Below are positions 59,041 to 64,000 of a stretch of DNA of 64,000 nucleotides, piece after piece (the first letter of the stretch is position 1; the number at the start of each line of letters is the position of its first letter). A model generated the notes under the pieces. The model was not told the DNA's origin. It made no database searches and was given only the letters and a program-made list of their open reading frames with translations. Origin of the DNA: Paludibacteraceae bacterium (lineage in GTDB: Bacteria; Bacteroidota; Bacteroidia; Bacteroidales; Paludibacteraceae); NCBI GenBank assembly GCA_017430235.1, contig JAFRNH010000008.1:2173-66172 (forward strand), written 5' to 3'. The position numbers and the translations under genes are program-made.

Positions 59041-59117
59041 GGTGAGTTCTATAAATTCACCCTGAAATAAAAAAAGTATGAATTGTGGGTCATAAACTTT
59101 TCTTTATAGGCCCCACC
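59041..59117 (+). repeat. 77-bp MITE-like or leader element (copy 5)
   Basis: GGTGAGTTCTATAAATTCACC...GTATGAATTGTGGGTCATAAAC...TTTATAGGCCCCACC. Roughly 85% identical to copy 3 by eye. The ends are inverted repeats. It ends 15 nt before the TTG start of the HU gene. Confidence 0.7.
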
Positions 59118-59132
59118 TAAAACTCATATATT

Positions 59133-59408
59133 TTGAACACGAAAGAAATAACATCCGAGATTCGCAAACGTCTGCAGATAGACGCAGAAACTGCAGATGC
59201 TTTGTTTGCTTCATTTACCAACTGTCTAAAAGAGGAAATGTTGAATGGCAATTCGTTGTCCATACCGGGTTTTGGCATTTTTGAGGCTAGAAGAAAGAAA
59301 GAGAGAATATCCATCAATCCTACAACAAAACAAAGGCTACTCTCTCCGCCTAAACAATCATTAGCTTTTAAGGTAAGTGCGATCCTCAAAGACAAATTTA
59401 ACAATTAG
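59133..59408 (+). CDS. HU/IHF-family DNA-binding protein (TTG start)
   Basis: 91 aa with an HU-fold pattern (IPGFGIFEARRKKERISINPTTKQRLLSPPKQSLAFK). The frame opens with TTG at 59133. Confidence 0.75.
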   Translation: MNTKEITSEIRKRLQIDAETADALFASFTNCLKEEMLNGNSLSIPGFGIFEARRKKERISINPTTKQRLLSPPKQSLAFKVSAILKDKFNN

Positions 59409-59413
59409 AAGTT

Positions 59414-61363
59414 ATGAACGAGAAAAAAAGTTTACAGGACATTTTAGGAAATATCGCAGAAGATGCCGGAGTAACGAAAAAACTCTCCGAAAATTTTTTG
59501 CGTACCCTTTTTGAGATAGTAGAAGAAGCCCTCAACAAAGATGGAATTGCAAAAATACCTAACATTGGCACTTTCAAAATCATCGCCATTGAAGAACGTA
59601 AAAGTGTAAACGTTCAGGATGGAAGTGAAATGATTATTCCTGCACACAAAAAAGTCTCGTTCGTTCCTGAAAAAAATTTGAAAGAAGAAATCAACAAACC
59701 TTACGCTCATTTGGAAACCTACGTTTTGAAAGATGACGGACCTGTAGATACAGACACAGATGACGATTACGAAGATGAAGTTGAAGATGAAACGCCTAAC
59801 AGCTATTCCTCTTCACCTATTTCCGTCAACAACACTTCTACAGAGATCCCTTCTCAAAATGTAATCAATACTCCTGTTCAAGAGTCTGTCGTCGCTCCTG
59901 TTCCAGAGCCAATTAGTACTCCTACACAAGAGTCTGTCTACACCTCCACACAAGAGCCAATCAATACTCCTGTACATGAAAAGGCAGAACTCAAAGTAGA
60001 AGAGCACATAAACACACCATTTCAAGAAAACACCAATTCTTCTGCAACGAATGATAAATATGTATCATACATTCAGGAGATACCACTGAATACCAACAAT
60101 TCTAACCTCTCTTCTAATATGGCTGACGAAAACACACTACAAAACAACATTGAATCGAATACGAATCCAACCAACGAGTTGGAAAGTAACGAAACAAAAT
60201 CCGACATCGTGGAAAATCCAATTCCACAAAGTGACCCAATTGTTTCAAATCAACCTGAAGTTCCTTCAAACGAACCAGTTGAAACAATTAACAACAGTTC
60301 ATCTGTCGAACCAGTAGTGAATAATCCTATTGTTGAGCCAACAACAGATGCTCAAACAAATAGCAATAGCCAAACGATTGGTGGAGAATCATCCAACAAC
60401 ATTCAAGAAGAGATTCCAAGTGCAAGCCAGACAAACATCTCAAACACCACAGAAGTACAAGAGCAAAATGTGGTAGAGACAACTCCAGAGGCACCTGCAC
60501 AACAGCCAACAAGCGAAGAGCCACAAGCTCAAAATGTTGCAAACACACAAGAGTCAAAAGAGCAACCTGCAGAAACAAAAGCTGAAAATGCTGATTCTCA
60601 AGCAAAAGAGAATCAGGAAGCTGCTGCTCCTGCACCGAAAACAAAAGCGGAGAGACTCAAAGAAGAGAAGAGACTGAAAAAGCTGAAGAGACAGAAAGAG
60701 AGAGAAGAAATGAACGCTAAGAGTCGCAAATGGATTAAATGGATGTTCATTGGATTAGCCATTGTTTTAGCTCTACTATTCGGAATAAAATATGCAATGG
60801 ATCATAACATATTAGACAATTCCGCTAAAGAGCAAAACACTGAAGCTCCGGTTGAAAACACGCCAACCACAAATGAAGGAGAAAAGGCAATTGCACCAAC
60901 TAGCGAAAACAATAGCAGTGTTGATCAAAGCGGTTCTGTTGCAACCACAGAAAATGAGGATAACACCACCTCACAAGAGGAGAATCAAGAGAGTGCAACC
61001 GAAGACAATTCTCTATTCTCTTCAGATGCAGAGACACATACATTCGATCAAAGACTGATTGATTACATGAAGAAACAACATCCAGAGATCAAATTCCCTT
61101 CTAAGATGAAGATACGAGAGGAATATGTTGTAAAAGAAGGAAGTCGATTAGCACAGATATCAAGAAACAATTTTGACAACGTGATGAACTTCTGGGGATA
61201 CATCTATTTCTTCAATACGGATGTATTGTCAAGTCCAAGTGAGGTGAGATCAGGTATGACATTAAAGATTCCTGATTTAGGAAATGAATTTGGAAATACA
61301 AAATCATCCAAGTGTAAAGCATTGGCTGACGAAATCAATGACTTGGCACTAAAATTCAAATAA
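59414..61363 (+). CDS. HU-domain protein with a long disordered linker, a TM segment and a LysM-like C-terminal domain
   Basis: 649 aa. N-terminal HU-like fold (IPNIGTFKIIAIEERKSVNVQDGSEMIIPAHKKVSF). Pro/Thr/Glu/Asn-rich degenerate repeats. TM segment (WMFIGLAIVLALLFGI). C-terminal LysM-like region (YVVKEGSRLAQISRN...GMTLKIPDL). Confidence 0.7.
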   Translation: MNEKKSLQDILGNIAEDAGVTKKLSENFLRTLFEIVEEALNKDGIAKIPNIGTFKIIAIEERKSVNVQDGSEMIIPAHKKVSFVPEKNLKEEINKPYAHLETYVLKDDGPVDTDTDDDYEDEVEDETPNSYSSSPISVNNTSTEIPSQNVINTPVQESVVAPVPEPISTPTQESVYTSTQEPINTPVHEKAELKVEEHINTPFQENTNSSATNDKYVSYIQEIPLNTNNSNLSSNMADENTLQNNIESNTNPTNELESNETKSDIVENPIPQSDPIVSNQPEVPSNEPVETINNSSSVEPVVNNPIVEPTTDAQTNSNSQTIGGESSNNIQEEIPSASQTNISNTTEVQEQNVVETTPEAPAQQPTSEEPQAQNVANTQESKEQPAETKAENADSQAKENQEAAAPAPKTKAERLKEEKRLKKLKRQKEREEMNAKSRKWIKWMFIGLAIVLALLFGIKYAMDHNILDNSAKEQNTEAPVENTPTTNEGEKAIAPTSENNSSVDQSGSVATTENEDNTTSQEENQESATEDNSLFSSDAETHTFDQRLIDYMKKQHPEIKFPSKMKIREEYVVKEGSRLAQISRNNFDNVMNFWGYIYFFNTDVLSSPSEVRSGMTLKIPDLGNEFGNTKSSKCKALADEINDLALKFK

Positions 61364-61485
61364 AGGTTAAAAAGGTCACAAACCCATTAATTATTGTTAA
61401 CATGGGATTTATGGTAGCAATATATGTTGTAGATTTGGGTTTTGAAGTTAGAAACAAATAAAACAATAAAAATATATTTTGTAAA

Positions 61486-62478
61486 ATGGACCAGATTGAT
61501 ATTAGAACATTGAACGAGAAGATTGAAAAACAAAGTTCTTTCGTGGATATGCTTATGATGGGAATGGATAAAACCATTGTCGGTCAAAAGCATTTGGTTG
61601 AGTCATTGTTAATTGGACTATTGGCTGACGGTCACGTTTTATTGGAAGGTGTACCAGGACTAGCCAAGACATTAGCAATTAAAACTTTGGGTGAATTGAT
61701 TGATGCTAAATACAGTCGTATTCAGTTTACTCCAGACTTGTTGCCTGCCGACGTTGTAGGAACAATGATCTACAGTCAGAAGTCAGAGGAGTTTAACATC
61801 AAAAAGGGTCCTATATTTGCAAATCTAGTACTTGCAGATGAGATTAACCGTGCACCAGCAAAGGTACAGAGTGCGTTACTTGAGGCAATGCAAGAGCGTC
61901 AGGTAACCATTGGTGAGGAGACATTCCAATTGCCAAAACCATTCTTAGTATTGGCTACACAAAACCCTATTGAGCAAGAAGGTACATATCCATTGCCTGA
62001 GGCTCAAGTAGACCGTTTCATGTTGAAAGTGCACATCACCTACCCTAAACCAGAGGAGGAGAAGTTGATTATCCGCCAAAACATCAAAAAGGAGAAGACA
62101 GAAATCAAACCTATTCTCAAGCCAGAAGATATCATAGCTGCCAGAAAAGTGGTTCAAGAAGTCTATTTGGATGAGAAAATTGAAAAATACATTGTTGACA
62201 TTGTCAATGCAACACGTTATCCAGAAGCATATAATCTAAAGGATTTGAAGGAGATGATCTCCTTCGGTGGTTCTCCTCGTGCATCCATCAACTTAGCGTT
62301 AGCTGCACGTGCGTATGCATTTATCAGACGTAGAGGATACGTTATTCCTGAAGATGTACGTGCTATTGCCATGGATGTTCTTCGTCATCGTATCGGACTT
62401 AGCTACGAGGCTGAGGCCAACAACATGACTTCTGAAGATGTTGTCAACGAAATACTGAACGCTGTCGAGGTGCCTTAA
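61486..62478 (+). CDS. moxR: MoxR-family AAA+ ATPase
   Basis: 330 aa with Walker A (EGVPGLAKT), Walker B (LADEINRAP) and MoxR-type C-terminal motifs (GGSPRASI). Confidence 0.9.
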   Translation: MDQIDIRTLNEKIEKQSSFVDMLMMGMDKTIVGQKHLVESLLIGLLADGHVLLEGVPGLAKTLAIKTLGELIDAKYSRIQFTPDLLPADVVGTMIYSQKSEEFNIKKGPIFANLVLADEINRAPAKVQSALLEAMQERQVTIGEETFQLPKPFLVLATQNPIEQEGTYPLPEAQVDRFMLKVHITYPKPEEEKLIIRQNIKKEKTEIKPILKPEDIIAARKVVQEVYLDEKIEKYIVDIVNATRYPEAYNLKDLKEMISFGGSPRASINLALAARAYAFIRRRGYVIPEDVRAIAMDVLRHRIGLSYEAEANNMTSEDVVNEILNAVEVP

Positions 62479-62521
62479 TCGTTTTTTCTTTCAGGACTGA
62501 TTCCTTTAAATTTTATAAGCG

Positions 62522-63451
62522 ATGAAAGATACAAACGAAATATTAAAGAAAGTACGGAAAATAGAGATTAAGACGAAGGGACTCTCCAAAAACATCTTTG
62601 CGGGAGAGTATCATACTGCCTTCAAGGGACGTGGTATGACCTTCTCTGAAGTCCGCGAATACCAATATGGAGACGATGTGAGAAACATCGACTGGAACGT
62701 TACCGCTCGTTTCAACAGACCTTACATAAAGGTTTTTGAAGAAGAGCGTGAAATGACTATGATGTTATTGGTAGACGTTTCTGGAAGTGGTGAGTTTGGT
62801 ACAATCAATCAAATCAAAAGAGACATGATGACTGAATTAGCTGCAACAATAGCTTTTTCTGCCATTCAAAACAATGATAAAATTGGCGTCATCTTATTCA
62901 CCGACCAAATCGAAAAATTCATACCTCCTCAAAAAGGTAAGAAACACGTACTTTACATCATCCGCGAACTGCTTGGCTTTGAGCCTCAAAGTAAGAAAAC
63001 GGACATTCAAGGTGCTCTACAATACCTAACCAATGCTATCAAGAAAAGATGTACGGCATTTGTTATTTCCGACTTTATCAATAGCAACTTTTCTATTTCA
63101 GCTAAGAAGAGTTTCTTTTCAAAGAAATTGTACTACCACAATTATGACTTCTCTCAGTCACTTACAATTGCCAACAGGAAACATGATGTAGTGGCTTTGC
63201 GAGTTTATGACCGAAGAGAAATGGAACTTCCTTCTGTAGGTCTATTGAAAGTGAAAGATGCAGAGTCGGGAGAGGATATATGGATTGATACATCTGATAA
63301 GAAATTACGCAATAGCTATCGTCAGTATTGGGATAACAAAGAAATTCAATTGAAACAATACTTCAATCAAAGTGGTATTGATTTCACTTCCATTGCAACG
63401 GACGAAGATTATGTAAAGGCACTTATGAAGTTGTTCAAACAGAGAGTTTGA
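62522..63451 (+). CDS. DUF58 (vWA-like) protein
   Basis: 309 aa with the conserved REYQYGDDVRNIDWNVTAR motif. This is the usual partner downstream of moxR. Confidence 0.85.
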   Translation: MKDTNEILKKVRKIEIKTKGLSKNIFAGEYHTAFKGRGMTFSEVREYQYGDDVRNIDWNVTARFNRPYIKVFEEEREMTMMLLVDVSGSGEFGTINQIKRDMMTELAATIAFSAIQNNDKIGVILFTDQIEKFIPPQKGKKHVLYIIRELLGFEPQSKKTDIQGALQYLTNAIKKRCTAFVISDFINSNFSISAKKSFFSKKLYYHNYDFSQSLTIANRKHDVVALRVYDRREMELPSVGLLKVKDAESGEDIWIDTSDKKLRNSYRQYWDNKEIQLKQYFNQSGIDFTSIATDEDYVKALMKLFKQRV

Positions 63452-63468
63452 AATAAAATGAAATTATT

Positions 63469-64000
63469 ATGAATTCAATTAAACGATCCATATTTCTTTT
63501 CATTGGTATCCTTATGGGGTGTTCTGCAATGGGTGACGCCATAGAAGTTGCAGCTACACTCACCCCTTCTGAAATGAAAATTGGAGAACATAGTAAAATA
63601 CAACTTGAACTAACACAACCTCAAAGTGCAAGTGTACTTTTCCCTATTTTTTCCAGTGATACACTCATTCCAGGAATTGAAATTCTGAACATTTCAAAAT
63701 TGGATACAACAAAAGAGGGTGGAAATATAAAAGTTTCACAAGAAATCATTATAACATCCTTTGATTCTGGAAGTTATACGATTCCTGCGTTTGTTTTTGA
63801 GAGTAAAGTAAAGAAATATGAGACAGAAAAGCTTTTCTTGGACGTTAAGACCATCGAAGAAGACTTTGCTCATGCTCAAATCAAAGATATAGAAGGCAAT
63901 TACGAGCCTGGAATCAATTGGAAGCGCATCATCTTATACCTATCCATTCTTGCCATATTAGGTGGATTAGGGTTTATTGGTTACATTGTATATCAATATT
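63469..64000 (+). CDS. BatD/DUF4381-like membrane protein of the aerotolerance operon (partial; runs off the right edge)
   Basis: ATG at 63469 with a signal/lipoprotein-like N-terminus (FIGILMGCSA) and a TM segment near the window end. Position after moxR-DUF58 fits. Confidence 0.5.
   Translation, partial: MNSIKRSIFLFIGILMGCSAMGDAIEVAATLTPSEMKIGEHSKIQLELTQPQSASVLFPIFSSDTLIPGIEILNISKLDTTKEGGNIKVSQEIIITSFDSGSYTIPAFVFESKVKKYETEKLFLDVKTIEEDFAHAQIKDIEGNYEPGINWKRIILYLSILAILGGLGFIGYIVYQY

Noticed and set aside
1-64000. Search by eye for tRNA/rRNA genes, CRISPR arrays, transposases, integrases and prophage modules
   Set aside because: I found no GC-rich ~75-nt cloverleaf-like intergenic segments, no regularly spaced direct repeats, and no ORFs with recombinase or transposase motifs. 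The only repeats are the palindromes, the 21-bp box elements and two 11-bp tandem duplications reported above. A tRNAscan/Infernal run would be needed to exclude RNA genes formally.

Overview
This looks like a chromosomal segment from a Bacteroidota genome, probably Bacteroidales or Prevotella-like. The clues are T9SS C-terminal sorting domains, PorP/SprF, a fused LpxC/FabZ, a type III glutamine synthetase, a MoxR-DUF58-Bat operon, TAnnTTTG -7 promoter boxes and no Shine-Dalgarno sites. I call about 58 protein-coding genes, mostly housekeeping: nqrA-E, lpxD-lpxC/fabZ-lpxA, pyrF, ispE, glnN, serS, htrA, hisB, oadGAB, cobB and vsr. I found no rRNA or tRNA genes, CRISPR arrays, transposases or integrases. 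All product calls rest on motifs read by eye, with no database search.

The parts worth a second look are:
1. 52.6-56.3 kb: two tandem radical SAM/SPASM paralogs. Each is preceded by an exported protein carrying a shared LYGxP motif, and a Cys-rich mini-lipoprotein converges on the cluster.
2. 35.85-40.6 kb: a single 1581-aa ORF that fuses a DnaQ-like exonuclease, a RecQ core and a UvrD/PcrA-like core. It sits in an AT-richer single-gene insertion.
3. A family of 28-bp perfect palindromes, GTAGAGACG-N10-CGTCTCTAC, at seven intergenic loci. The termini are conserved while the centres change in a compensatory way, as in REP elements.
4. A 21-bp inverted-repeat box, GGTGAGTTCTAyAAATTCAyC, present five times. 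Two copies extend into about 75-bp MITE-like or leader-RNA-like elements just upstream of start codons.
5. hisB, whose catalytic DxDGT motif lies upstream of any canonical start codon and just after an in-frame ATG-ATT-TAA.
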